The notes beneath the pieces are model-generated. The model saw only the letters and a program-made list of their open reading frames with translations. It made no database searches and was not told where the DNA came from. From Acidobacteriota bacterium (GTDB lineage: Bacteria; Acidobacteriota; UBA6911; RPQK01; JAJDTT01), in the NCBI GenBank assembly GCA_965209055.1, contig OZ242374.1, positions 5,728,001 to 5,792,000 on the forward strand: a stretch of 64,000 nt of DNA. Direction: 5' to 3'. The position numbers were made by a program, and so were the translations under genes. Each line of letters begins with the position of its first letter. Within the stretch, counting starts at the first letter, position 1. Positions 1 through 9,732 of the stretch are shown here, in pieces.

Positions 1-306
1 GTCGAACCGAATCCTGAGGATGTCGAAATCTGAACGGTCTACTGTGAAGAGGGCAGTGACGTTGTATGTCGTGCCACTGTGAATGAAGTCGTCGTCCGTG
101 AGCACCGAGGAACAGTCGGCCATCGCAGCATGGCCATTGTCGCAGCCCATGAAAGTACCATGGGATTCGACCAACCGGTCCACTGTGAGCGTTGCGGTCC
201 AGAGGGTCGTTTGCGCTAAGGCGGGAGGTGTCCAAGCAAGGGAGGACGCGCCCAGGATCAGCGCCACGCGGAAGGCGGCTCTGCTCGGCTCAAATGTCAA
301 AGTCAT
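1..306 (-). CDS. Secreted/surface protein, N-terminal part (runs off the window edge)
   Basis: Not in the ORF track because it has no stop in the window. Manual translation from ATG 306: MTLTFEPSRAAFRVALILGASSLAWTPPALAQ-TTLWTATLTVDR...GCDN...CSSVLTDDDFIHSGTTYNVTAL. Sec signal peptide ending ALA-Q; frame open to base 1. Confidence 0.7.
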   Translation of the reverse strand, partial: MTLTFEPSRAAFRVALILGASSLAWTPPALAQTTLWTATLTVDRLVESHGTFMGCDNGHAAMADCSSVLTDDDFIHSGTTYNVTALFTVDRSDFDILRIRFD

Positions 307-809
307 AAGATACTCCGAGTGTCAAGAATCTGTCATGTTTCATTGACTTTGTGCAGTGTTCGCTCCAGGGCGCAACGTCGTCACGACCACTGGTAAATTG
401 CTGGGTCTGGTGTTGGGACTGAGTAACTCATGAGAGCGCCAGACCCAAACCCTCCAAGCCCACTTCATCGGCGCGGCGAGTAGTGCAGTCCTGTGTAGTT
501 AAGTCTAAAGGCCCCAAATTAATTTACCGCGCAGACTCCTGGCGGGACGGAAGCGGACCGTTACTAGTAGCATACCGGCAGCAGAATGAAAGGGGCGGCG
601 GGCAGGTTGACGGCGAATGCCTCTGCAACCCTGATGGACTGACATGAAGGCGGGCGGCGGGAAGTCCTCGTCCAAAAGGGAGCGTATTTCATAGTCCGGA
701 GACTTCCGGTTTTGCCATGAAGGGATCTATCGGGGAAAAGATCGGTCGCTGCTCGGATCCATTGCCGCCACCGGCGCGCCGCGGCAAGTGGAGGTCAAGG
801 AGGCAATAA

Positions 810-1703
810 ATGAGAACCATCTACATCTTTTCCCTGGCCGTGGCGGTCATGATGCCCCTTCCCGGGGAGACCCCGAGGGAGGTGGAGAGACCGGGTCGGG
901 TCAAGGTTCTGGAGTCCCCTTCCGGGGTCCGTTTCGCTTTGCTGGGGGAAGCGGGTGAGGGGCCCGCTCCGACGATTCTTGTCTTCGGCGGAGGGATGCG
1001 TTCGGGGCTGGAGGGAAGGTCCGCCAAAATGTGTCGGATCCTGACTCGGCACGGGTTCCTTGCCGTCGCTCTGGACAGTCCCTGCCACGGCGAGGATCAG
1101 AGGTCCGGCGAACCCTTCGGCCTTGCCGGGTGGCGACACCGCCTGGAGAAGGGTGAGGAGTTCCTCGCCGACTTTCTGAAAAAAACCTCGTCGGTGCTGA
1201 ACCACCTGATCCGGCAGCAAGTCACGGATCCTGAGAGGATCGTGGCTTTCGGCCCCTCCCGCGGCGGTTTCCTGGCGCTGCACTTCGCCGCGGTCGAGCC
1301 TCGGATCGGCACCGTCGTCGCTTTCGCTCCGGTCACGGATCTGCTGGCCTTGCGGGAATTCCAGGGAACGGCGGACAAAGCTGCGGCCCGTTCTCTGGAC
1401 GTCATGGCGTTGGCGCCGAAACTGGCTGGGCGCCGCCTCTTCATCCAGATGGGACACAACGATCTGCGGGTGGGCGGCCATCACGCCATAGACTTCGCCT
1501 TGAGGCTCATGAAGCGGTCGCCCGATCAGATGAAGCCCTTGCAGGGCATCTGGTCGGGGGATGCGATCAAGCTGGTGATCACCCCCTCGGAGAATCCAAA
1601 CGGCCACACCACCTATGACGGAGCCCACCACGATGCTGCGGACTGGATCCTCCGCAGCGGAGAGAAAACCGGGCCGGAGGAGTCGTCGTGCGAATCAGAG
1701 TGA
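810..1703 (+). CDS. Alpha/beta-fold hydrolase, secreted
   Basis: RBS AAGGAGG upstream; signal peptide; G-P-S-R-G-G nucleophile elbow; C-terminal His (NGHT). Confidence 0.8.
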   Translation: MRTIYIFSLAVAVMMPLPGETPREVERPGRVKVLESPSGVRFALLGEAGEGPAPTILVFGGGMRSGLEGRSAKMCRILTRHGFLAVALDSPCHGEDQRSGEPFGLAGWRHRLEKGEEFLADFLKKTSSVLNHLIRQQVTDPERIVAFGPSRGGFLALHFAAVEPRIGTVVAFAPVTDLLALREFQGTADKAAARSLDVMALAPKLAGRRLFIQMGHNDLRVGGHHAIDFALRLMKRSPDQMKPLQGIWSGDAIKLVITPSENPNGHTTYDGAHHDAADWILRSGEKTGPEESSCESE

Positions 1704-2458
1704 TCAATCCCTTCGGCGGAACCGAGTTCAGGGGACGGGAGAATCTGGAGAGGATCAGGCGAAGCGGCACCGAGTTCGACATGGTCAACATCGCCGACGC
1801 TTATCCGCTGAAGAACAACCAGTTCCTCTACTTCCGGCACAAGTGCACCGATGCGACGCTGGAGCAGGTGACACAGGCCGAGAAGGACGGGTGCGAAGCC
1901 GTCTTCATCTCCTGCAACCTGGACATCGGACTCTACGAAGCCCGCTCTCTGGTGGACATTCCGGTCACGGCCACGCTAGAGTCCGCGGCCCTGATGGCCT
2001 ACGCCATGTGTGAACGGTTCTCCCTCGTCTCCGTGGACGACCAGAACGGACGCATCCAACGCATGATCCTGAGGCAGTACGGCCTGGACGGCAAAGTGGC
2101 TTCACACCGGTCGATCGGCATCGATGCCAATGACCTCTATCCGGAGAAGACTTCGGAAGACAAGGTCTACCGGCGCGCGGTCGAGGTGGCCCGGCAGTGT
2201 GTCCGGGAGGACGGCGCGGAGATGCTGATCTCGGGGTGCACTCTCATGGGTTCCGTGCTGACCCACCGCGGCGCCCAGGCCATCGACGAGATCGGCGCCC
2301 CGGTGATCGACGGCATGGTCACCGGCTTCAAGATGGCGGAAATGATGTGCGACATCTGCCGGTTGACGGGCCTGCCACCCGTGAGCCGAACGGGCTTCTT
2401 CCAGTTTCCTCCTGCGGACGACGTGAAGCAGTTGCGGGATTTCTACGGGCGGAGATGA
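1688..2458 (+). CDS. Asp/Glu/hydantoin racemase family protein
   Basis: MRIRVINP start; ISCNLDIGL and ISGCT catalytic Cys motifs; PVIDG. Confidence 0.85.
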   Translation: MRIRVINPFGGTEFRGRENLERIRRSGTEFDMVNIADAYPLKNNQFLYFRHKCTDATLEQVTQAEKDGCEAVFISCNLDIGLYEARSLVDIPVTATLESAALMAYAMCERFSLVSVDDQNGRIQRMILRQYGLDGKVASHRSIGIDANDLYPEKTSEDKVYRRAVEVARQCVREDGAEMLISGCTLMGSVLTHRGAQAIDEIGAPVIDGMVTGFKMAEMMCDICRLTGLPPVSRTGFFQFPPADDVKQLRDFYGRR

Positions 2459-3909
2459 GGGCTCAAGCCGCGCTTGGACCACGGACCGTACTTTGGCTGG
2501 TTTTTTCGGTCACCCTGCTGGGACTCACTTCAGCCTGCAACCGACGGCCGGAGAGGCCCAACATCGTCCTGATCCTGGCCGACGATCTGGCCTGGAACCA
2601 GTTGGGCTGCTACGGAAGCCGCTTCTACGAGACTCCCCATCTGGACGCTCTGGCGCGCCAGGGGATGCGTTTCACCGACGCCTACGCCGCCAGTCCCATC
2701 TGTTCCCCGACCCGGGCCAGCATCATGACGGGAAAGCATCCGGCGCGGCTCCGCGTCACCCAGTTCATCTCGCCGGGAGATTACGCCGGGAACGCCGTCA
2801 AGCTGTTGGAGCCGGACTGGACCCGACGTCTACCCCTGGAGGAGGAGACCATCGCCGAGGCGCTGAAGGATTCGGGCTATGTCACGGCGGCATTCGGCAA
2901 GTGGCATCTCAGCCAGGCCAAGACCCCTCCCGGGAGCCTGCCCTTCAATCCGGACAAGCAGGGTTTCGACGACCACTTCGTGACCTACAAGCCGGTCCCC
3001 CGCATGGCCCGTGAGTGGCAGACGCCGGAGAACGACGCCCACAACGTGGGAATCATCACGGACCGATCCCTGGAGTTCATGGAGAAGAACCGGGAGAGGC
3101 CCTTCTTCCTCTTCGTTTCGCACAACAGCGTTCACACCCCCCTGGTGGAGAAGGAGGCGCTGATCTCCAAGTACCGGGCGAAGCCGGATGCCGACGCGCC
3201 CACCAACCACCCGGTCATCGGGGCCATGATCGAGACCCTGGACCTGAGCGTCGGCCGGCTGCTGGCCAAACTGGACGAGCTGGACCTGTCCGGTAGGACC
3301 CTGGTCCTCTTCTTCTCGGACAATGGCGGTTTGGAATGGAGCGACGGCAACGGGCAGGGCCCCGCGAACCACCCGCTCCGGGCCGGCAAGGGAGACCTCT
3401 ACGAAGGAGGGATCCGGGTCCCCTTGATCGCCCGTTGGCCGACCGTGGCCGCCCCCGGCAGTGTCGTCGAGGAACCGGTCAGCAGCGTCGATCTCTTCCC
3501 CACGTTCGTGGAAGCCGCAGGAGGGGACGGCAAGCACGACGATATCGACGGCGTGAGCCTGCTGCCGCTCCTGCGAGGGGCCGCCTCGCTGGGCCGGGAC
3601 GCCCTCTTCTGGCATTACCCCCACTACCACGGTTCCGGCGCCCTGCCTTCGAGCGCCGTGCGGAAAGGGCGGTTCAAACTGCTGGAATGGCACGAGGAGA
3701 AGATCTTCGGACTGGAGAATCGCTACGAACTTTTCGACCTGACCGACGACCTGGGAGAATCCACCGACCTGGCGTCCGGCAGGCCCGAAAAGACCCGGGA
3801 GCTGGCCGCGGATCTGGAGAACTGGAGAAATTCGGTGGGAGCCCAGATGCCCCGACGTAATCCGGACTATCGATCCGCAGGAGGTCCCGACACGCCTCGA
3901 AGGGATTGA
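2455..3909 (+). CDS. Sulfatase (formylglycine-dependent, Cys type), probable lipoprotein
   Basis: PNIVLILADDL, CSPTRASIMTG, GKWHL, SDNGG. Start reassigned to ATG 2455 (ATGA overlap with the upstream stop); lipobox-like LTSAC. Confidence 0.92.
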   Translation: MRAQAALGPRTVLWLVFSVTLLGLTSACNRRPERPNIVLILADDLAWNQLGCYGSRFYETPHLDALARQGMRFTDAYAASPICSPTRASIMTGKHPARLRVTQFISPGDYAGNAVKLLEPDWTRRLPLEEETIAEALKDSGYVTAAFGKWHLSQAKTPPGSLPFNPDKQGFDDHFVTYKPVPRMAREWQTPENDAHNVGIITDRSLEFMEKNRERPFFLFVSHNSVHTPLVEKEALISKYRAKPDADAPTNHPVIGAMIETLDLSVGRLLAKLDELDLSGRTLVLFFSDNGGLEWSDGNGQGPANHPLRAGKGDLYEGGIRVPLIARWPTVAAPGSVVEEPVSSVDLFPTFVEAAGGDGKHDDIDGVSLLPLLRGAASLGRDALFWHYPHYHGSGALPSSAVRKGRFKLLEWHEEKIFGLENRYELFDLTDDLGESTDLASGRPEKTRELAADLENWRNSVGAQMPRRNPDYRSAGGPDTPRRD

Positions 3910-3972
3910 TCCGGTTCAAAGGAGCAACCGGGAACGGGTGGGCTGGATGCGCCGGAACTCAGCTCGACTCGC

Positions 3973-4740
3973 TCATGGCGCCGTTGCCCCGTCCAACTCG
4001 CGAACGTAGATGCTGCGAAACCAGAGCCGGTTGCCATGGCTCTGCAACTCGATCTGTCCGCGAGGATCGATCGGGCGGGACCGGTCCCATATATTCTCCA
4101 TCACCGCCTGATCGGTGACCAGCTTGCCGTTGAGCTTCACCGTGACCCGGTCGCCGACCATCTTGATGTAGAAGGTGTTCCACTGGCCTACAGGAAGGTC
4201 CGCATTCACCAGGGGAAAACGGGGATGGATCTTGTTGTTCCACAGTGCTCCCGAGCCCTTGTCGTTACCGTGCCTGCGGTACTTCTCGAACCTGGTGTCC
4301 CAGATCTGAACCTGGGGACTTCCGCGCAGGTAGATGCCGCTGTCGCCGCCTTCCAGGATCTTCCAGTCGACATACAGTTCGAAGTCACCGTAGTCCTTGT
4401 CGGTGCACAGGTTGTCTCCCTTGCCGTCGAACTCCAGAACACCGTCGACCACTTTCCAGTGGGCACGCATGCGCTGGTCGGCCTTCTTTTGAGCTTCCGC
4501 CAGTTCCCGCGGCGACATGGCAGCACGCTTGATGGGGTTTTCCACCAACCCCTTCCATCCGGCCAGGGTCTTGCCGTCGAAGAGTGCGGTAAAGCCTTCG
4601 GGTGGTTCCGGGCCGGATGCTGCCGAAAGCGGAGCCAGCATCGTGAAAAGGCAGGCGATTAGCCCGGGAAGCCAGGAGTTGCGACGGTAGTCTCGGATCA
4701 GGTTCGAATTCAGCCGGATCGGTGTCACGCGAAACAACAT
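3973..4740 (-). CDS. DUF1080 (3-keto-glycoside hydrolase-like) protein
   Basis: LFDGKTLAGW, YGDFELYVDWK, GDSGIYLRG, GQWN, GQIELQSHG. Start uncertain. Confidence 0.88.
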   Translation of the reverse strand: MLFRVTPIRLNSNLIRDYRRNSWLPGLIACLFTMLAPLSAASGPEPPEGFTALFDGKTLAGWKGLVENPIKRAAMSPRELAEAQKKADQRMRAHWKVVDGVLEFDGKGDNLCTDKDYGDFELYVDWKILEGGDSGIYLRGSPQVQIWDTRFEKYRRHGNDKGSGALWNNKIHPRFPLVNADLPVGQWNTFYIKMVGDRVTVKLNGKLVTDQAVMENIWDRSRPIDPRGQIELQSHGNRLWFRSIYVRELDGATAP

Positions 4741-5022
4741 GATTGCCAAGTGGCCGAAGTATACCACCGGCATTCCCAGAAAATCTGCTGCCTGGAGCCG
4801 GCAAGATACCGTGGAGTGGATCGGCATGATCCGGCCTGGGAAGAAACAGACCCTCCCTGACTTGGATTGGCCGGTCCGAGGGGTAAGTCCCGAGGCCCGG
4901 AACGCACCTCCTCAACTTGAAGCCGCTCATCGACAATTCCCGGCGCGAACGGCGTGCGACCGACTACGAGCGTATGGAAAAAGTCTCTGGAGAGGAAACA
5001 GGCGGAAAGATGACAGGAGAGG

Positions 5023-7902
5023 TCAAGGCTGGTAGTGGATCCAGGCCGGGGACCCCCAGGCCATCTCTCCATCTTCCTGGATCACGCGAAGATAATAGTA
5101 GCTCTCCCCCGGCTCGGAGGCGCCGTCCGCGTACTGGAACTTCACCTCCCTCTTGTCCGGCGTCACCGAGTACACGATCCGGTTGTCCTTGATGACGTCC
5201 ACGCGGCGGATGGCCTGCGTGCCCATGAGGTCGGCCTGGAGTCGAACCGGCGCCGTAGTTCGGAACGCCTCCCCCATCAGGTGCTCCCCGTCCGAGCCGA
5301 GGAATCGGACATCCAGGATGATGTTGTCGGTGGCGGCATAGGCCCGGCGGGCGCGTATGGCCTCCAGGAGCCCCTCCGGCGTCAGCTCTTCGGCGATCAG
5401 GCAAGCGTAGCTGATATGGGTGGATAAATGGTCCGAGGAGGCGATGAATCCCAGCTTGTAGCCCTTCTCCAACGCGCTCCAGGCCGTTCCCAACCGCCGA
5501 AAGGGCCGGTTGTCCTGCTCCAGCGTGGAACTGGGCCGACCCGTCATGGGCTGGGGGGCCCCCGGGTGCTCGTAGGTCTCCCGCATTCCCTGGAAGATCT
5601 CCAGCAGATGCTCGACCTTGGGGTCGTTGTCCCGCCAGTCGGTGCCGGAACCGGTCGCCATGGTGTGCGGAATGGAGGTTCCGTTCTTGCGCCGGAGGTG
5701 CCAGAAGAGCCTCTCGGCCCCCTCCAGCCCCAGGTGCTCGGCGGTCTCGATGGGAAGGATCGAGGTTCCCCGGCGGATGAAGAAGACGTTGCGGTGGCCG
5801 TTGGGGAATTCGAGGCTGCGCTCGTATCCGTAGAAGGCGGCGAAGCTCTCCAGTTGGAAGAGGTCGGCGACCTTCTGGTTCCGCCACCAGTTGTAGGGCT
5901 CGACGATCTCGTGGTTGTGGTCCGTGACCCCCAGGAAGTCCAGCCCCGCGGCGTCCCGGGCGTATCTGTAGGCGTCCACCAGGGAGCCGTCGCCCCCGCC
6001 GTCCAGGGAGATATCGGTGTGGCGGTGCAGGTCTCCCCGGTAGATGGAATAGGTCCGGCCTCGTGAGTGAATCCGGTAGGAGCGGATTCGCTCCAGGTCG
6101 CCGGCCTCTCCGGGATGGACGGGATCGAAGGGGTCTACGGGCGGAAGCTGAAGTCGAGACAACTCCATCGGCGCCGGCCCACCGCGGCCCAAGAGGCCCA
6201 CCATGACCTGCCCGTGCACCGCCAAAAACGATTTGGTGCTCCGTTTGTCGGTGGGCCAGACCGCCCAGACGCGGCCCTCCGGGTCCAGCGCGGACGCCGG
6301 CATCATGTCGTTTCGGCCCGCGCTGTGGAAAAGCGGGGTGGGACGAGTCCACCGGGACCCGTCGTATCGCAGGCAGACGATCTCCCACAAGGGGAAGTAG
6401 CGTCCGCGGCCCTCGGACTGGCGCATCTTCAGGTGCCGGGCCAGCAGCCAGGGACGACCCGACGCATCCATCTGGAGATGGGGCATCTCCCATTTCCCCT
6501 CCCCCAGGTGGACGTCGATGTCCTGAAGCGTAGTCATCCACTTTCCGCCGTCCAGGCAAGCCACCCGCAGTGTCCGGGTCTCGTAGAGCTCCGTTCCCTT
6601 GGCCTGGCCGCTTTGATCAATGAGGCGTCCCGTGTCCTTGCCCCACTGCGGTCCCGACTCGTGCCAGGCGATCCAGGTCCGGCCCTCGCCGTCCATGGCC
6701 ACCGAGGCACCGGCCTCGAATCGAGCCGTCCCAGCCACGCTCCGGACGTCCTCCCACAGCCCCGACCGCCGCAGCCGGAGATAGACGTCGTAGCTTCCGG
6801 AAGCGTAGCCGTCCCAGGCGATGGCCAAATCACCATGGGGACCCGCGGCCACCGACGGCCACCAGTTGTTTCCCCCGGCCGCCGCACCCTCACTGATCCG
6901 AACCTCCTCGCCCCAGTATTGGCCGTCGAAGTCCTGGGCCACGATTTGGGTCAAGCCGTCGATCGTCCTCTGCCAGACCAACCAGAGCCGGCCTTCCGAA
7001 TCCGTGACCGCCCGGTGGTAGACGTCCGGGCTGGGATGTTCGGTGAGCCGGTAGCGGAATGACCATCGCTCTCCATCGAAACTGCGCGCGTAGAGATCCC
7101 AGTTTCCTTCCACCTGGGCAGACCAGATCACCCAGATCCGCCCCTTGGAATCCTCGGCCACGGCGGTGCGAAACGCGTCCATGTCCTCATCCAGCAGGTG
7201 GACCGGGCCCCAGCCCGACTCGCCCCTTGACCGGGCCACGACCAGGTCCGCCTCGCCCTCGACGTATTCCTGCCACGCGGCCCAGAGCTTGCCGGATCGC
7301 GTCGATGTCATTGAAGGATAGTCCTGGATGTCGAAGCGCTCGGCGGCCAGAGGCGAAGACGGCGGGACCGATTCCGCCAGGACGGCTCCGTCCAGAAACG
7401 TCTCGGCCTGGAAGAGCTGGATGCCGCCGGGCCGGAGACTGAACGCTCCCTTCTCCGTCTCGACCCGGATGGGCTGATCTCCCGGATTCTCCAGGACGTT
7501 GACGATGACGCTTGGATGCCGGAGAGCGCTCCTCCCCCTTCGACCCCAACTCATGCGGGTGGCCGCCACCCAAGCCAGTCCGCTCTGGATCTGGTCGTTG
7601 GGCAGTTGAGGATCGGCGTCGACCGAGTGGATGCTGTCGAGGAAGCTGTGGCGGTAGATATTGGCCCGGAACTCGTCCGGCCTCAGTTCCAGCTCCTGAC
7701 CCGGGACCGGAACGAGCCTGCCGCTCCAGACTCCGGGTTCTTCATCGAGGAGCCCCAACCGGATCCGGAAGGAGGATTCGGGGAGCAGAGATTCAGTCGA
7801 CGGCGGCGGAGAGGGGCCGCCGGGCCGGCATTGGGTCAAGCCAAGGGCCAAAACCAGCACTCCGAGGCCCGATACCGGGACCGGCACGCGTCCGAATTCC
7901 AC
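5023..7902 (-). CDS. Large lipoprotein: beta-propeller region plus PHP-like (DUF3604/CehA-McbA-type) metallohydrolase domain
   Basis: GTG 7902 with GGAGG RBS; LGLTQC lipobox-like; GDLHRHTDIS, VTDHNH, IPHT and ASSDH metal motifs; C-terminal YYYLRVIQEDGEMAWGSP. Confidence 0.75.
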   Translation of the reverse strand: MEFGRVPVPVSGLGVLVLALGLTQCRPGGPSPPPSTESLLPESSFRIRLGLLDEEPGVWSGRLVPVPGQELELRPDEFRANIYRHSFLDSIHSVDADPQLPNDQIQSGLAWVAATRMSWGRRGRSALRHPSVIVNVLENPGDQPIRVETEKGAFSLRPGGIQLFQAETFLDGAVLAESVPPSSPLAAERFDIQDYPSMTSTRSGKLWAAWQEYVEGEADLVVARSRGESGWGPVHLLDEDMDAFRTAVAEDSKGRIWVIWSAQVEGNWDLYARSFDGERWSFRYRLTEHPSPDVYHRAVTDSEGRLWLVWQRTIDGLTQIVAQDFDGQYWGEEVRISEGAAAGGNNWWPSVAAGPHGDLAIAWDGYASGSYDVYLRLRRSGLWEDVRSVAGTARFEAGASVAMDGEGRTWIAWHESGPQWGKDTGRLIDQSGQAKGTELYETRTLRVACLDGGKWMTTLQDIDVHLGEGKWEMPHLQMDASGRPWLLARHLKMRQSEGRGRYFPLWEIVCLRYDGSRWTRPTPLFHSAGRNDMMPASALDPEGRVWAVWPTDKRSTKSFLAVHGQVMVGLLGRGGPAPMELSRLQLPPVDPFDPVHPGEAGDLERIRSYRIHSRGRTYSIYRGDLHRHTDISLDGGGDGSLVDAYRYARDAAGLDFLGVTDHNHEIVEPYNWWRNQKVADLFQLESFAAFYGYERSLEFPNGHRNVFFIRRGTSILPIETAEHLGLEGAERLFWHLRRKNGTSIPHTMATGSGTDWRDNDPKVEHLLEIFQGMRETYEHPGAPQPMTGRPSSTLEQDNRPFRRLGTAWSALEKGYKLGFIASSDHLSTHISYACLIAEELTPEGLLEAIRARRAYAATDNIILDVRFLGSDGEHLMGEAFRTTAPVRLQADLMGTQAIRRVDVIKDNRIVYSVTPDKREVKFQYADGASEPGESYYYLRVIQEDGEMAWGSPAWIHYQP

Positions 7903-8032
7903 TGAAGATCCTCCGAAAATGATGGTGATCCGGCCAGTCTCAACAATAACAGCCGAGTGGGACTGTCCAGCGGGTCGGAGACCGAACCGATGTTCAGAAC
8001 GCTTTCTTGTCCCGGCACCCGCCACACGGGAT

Positions 8033-9532
8033 TCAGTGAAACCGGAATGCGTACAGATGGGCGTCGCGGAGACGAATCCGCAGGCGAACCCGAAGGCCGG
8101 CGAAGCGGGCGAGGTCAACCCCGGGCTCCCACCGCACGATTCCCCCGGTTCGATCTCCGGCGATCCGAGGGCAATCCTTCATTCCCACACCCGGGAGCGG
8201 AGTTCCGGTTTCGTCCTGGAGCTCGACCCGAAGGCCGCCCCCTGCGCTGGTGCTGTAGTTGAGCTCCAGCCGGGCGCCCCTGAACACGATGGGCCGGGTC
8301 GTGAATTCACCCCATCCTTCATAGGGGCCTTCCACCGACACGAAGCCGTCGCTCCGCAGCGAGCACCGCCGGAGCCGGCATTCCGGCGAGCGGTACAGCT
8401 CCGTGTAGTACATGGAGATCTCGTCGGCCCCGGTGGGCACCACCCCCTGCCCCATGATGGGATTCCGGTCCACCCAATTGCGTTGGTCGAGACCCGGGCT
8501 CAGGAAAGGCTTCCGGAGCGGCCGCCGCCAATGCAGTCCGTCCCGGCTGGTGGCCAATTGAATGTCGGAGAGGCCGGTTTGATAAGGCAGGCTCTTGTCG
8601 TCCCTGACGTAGAACACCATGGGGAACATGAGAAAACTGCGGGCCGACCGGAAATAATTGACGGCGGCGTTGGTGTAGTGATGAAGGTTGGCGGGATCCT
8701 TCCGGTCCCGGGCCAACACCAGTTCCGGCTCCGACCAGTGGAGGAAATCCCGGGACTCGCAGCGCCGAATCGCTCGGCGGCCGCCTTGGAAACGGGACTT
8801 GTCCACTTCGGGCCGATTGTGGACATAACGCCGTCCTACGCGATCCCACATCACCGGACCTCCGGTCGACGTGTCGACGCCGCGCATGTAGATGACGTAG
8901 CGCCCGTGTTCATCGTCCCACAGCAGGGTGTTGTGGCTGTCGAAGGGCCCCGAGGTGACCAGGGGAGTCTCCCGCACCGGCTTCCAACCGATACCGTCCG
9001 AAGAGACATAACCGCGAAGCCCGCCGGAAGAGGCGATCATCTTGTAGCGTCCGGGACTTCCCGGCGGCTCGTTGGGATCCAGGATCTGGCTGGCGTTGTG
9101 CAGCTCGGCGCCTCCCAGGATGTTGTTGCCCCGGGAACCCTGGAAAGGGTGGAGGCCCAGGTTCGGTTTGGTCCAGCGGATGCCGTCGCCGCTTTCCGCA
9201 TAGCAGGTTCGGCGCCCCGCCCGGTAGCACATCTGATAGCGGCCGCCCGAGTGGACGACGGAGCTGTAGTGGATGCCTTCCGCTTCCCAGGGCCGGTCGC
9301 TCTCCAGCGCCGTTTCGCGGGGAACGGGACGGTGCAGCGCAAGTTCTATATTGCGTGTCGAATCGAACCAGAAGTCGTCCAGAAACAACTGCCGCCGCGA
9401 TCCGACGTCGACGGGTCCGGAGCGGTCGGGGACGGCGCTCCGGCCGGGCAGGAAAGCCCCTGCTCCCAGCGTCAGGCCGCCGACGCCCGCAGACTTGAGC
9501 CAGTCGCGGCGGGTCTCTCGACGCTTGCTCAT
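8033..9532 (-). CDS. Tat-exported five-bladed beta-propeller glycosidase-like protein (GH32/GH130-like)
   Basis: TRRDWLK twin-arginine signal; RQLFLDD; AESGDGIRWTKP; FDSHN; LRSDGFVSV C-terminal module. Confidence 0.72.
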   Translation of the reverse strand: MSKRRETRRDWLKSAGVGGLTLGAGAFLPGRSAVPDRSGPVDVGSRRQLFLDDFWFDSTRNIELALHRPVPRETALESDRPWEAEGIHYSSVVHSGGRYQMCYRAGRRTCYAESGDGIRWTKPNLGLHPFQGSRGNNILGGAELHNASQILDPNEPPGSPGRYKMIASSGGLRGYVSSDGIGWKPVRETPLVTSGPFDSHNTLLWDDEHGRYVIYMRGVDTSTGGPVMWDRVGRRYVHNRPEVDKSRFQGGRRAIRRCESRDFLHWSEPELVLARDRKDPANLHHYTNAAVNYFRSARSFLMFPMVFYVRDDKSLPYQTGLSDIQLATSRDGLHWRRPLRKPFLSPGLDQRNWVDRNPIMGQGVVPTGADEISMYYTELYRSPECRLRRCSLRSDGFVSVEGPYEGWGEFTTRPIVFRGARLELNYSTSAGGGLRVELQDETGTPLPGVGMKDCPRIAGDRTGGIVRWEPGVDLARFAGLRVRLRIRLRDAHLYAFRFH

Positions 9533-9732
9533 GAGATCCGGATCTTCCTTGTCTTGGGAGCCATTGCCCCAGCCGGCCCGATTGCGATCGCGAGGGGGCT
9601 GATACACCAAAGTGACGGGAGAGGTGGCAGCTTACTATGGGTTGATGGTGCTGGGCGAGCCGGCCCGCTGCCTTTCGTTTTCGAATCGTCAGCCTATACT
9701 CGATCCGGTCCGTACCGCACGAGGAGAATCGA

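Noticed and set aside
2197-2454. N-terminal extensions in the ORF track (sulfatase; likewise ORFs starting at 11533, 13146, 15666, 43152, 45228 and 50297)
   Set aside because: They overlap neighbouring genes; downstream starts with an RBS or signal peptide fit better.
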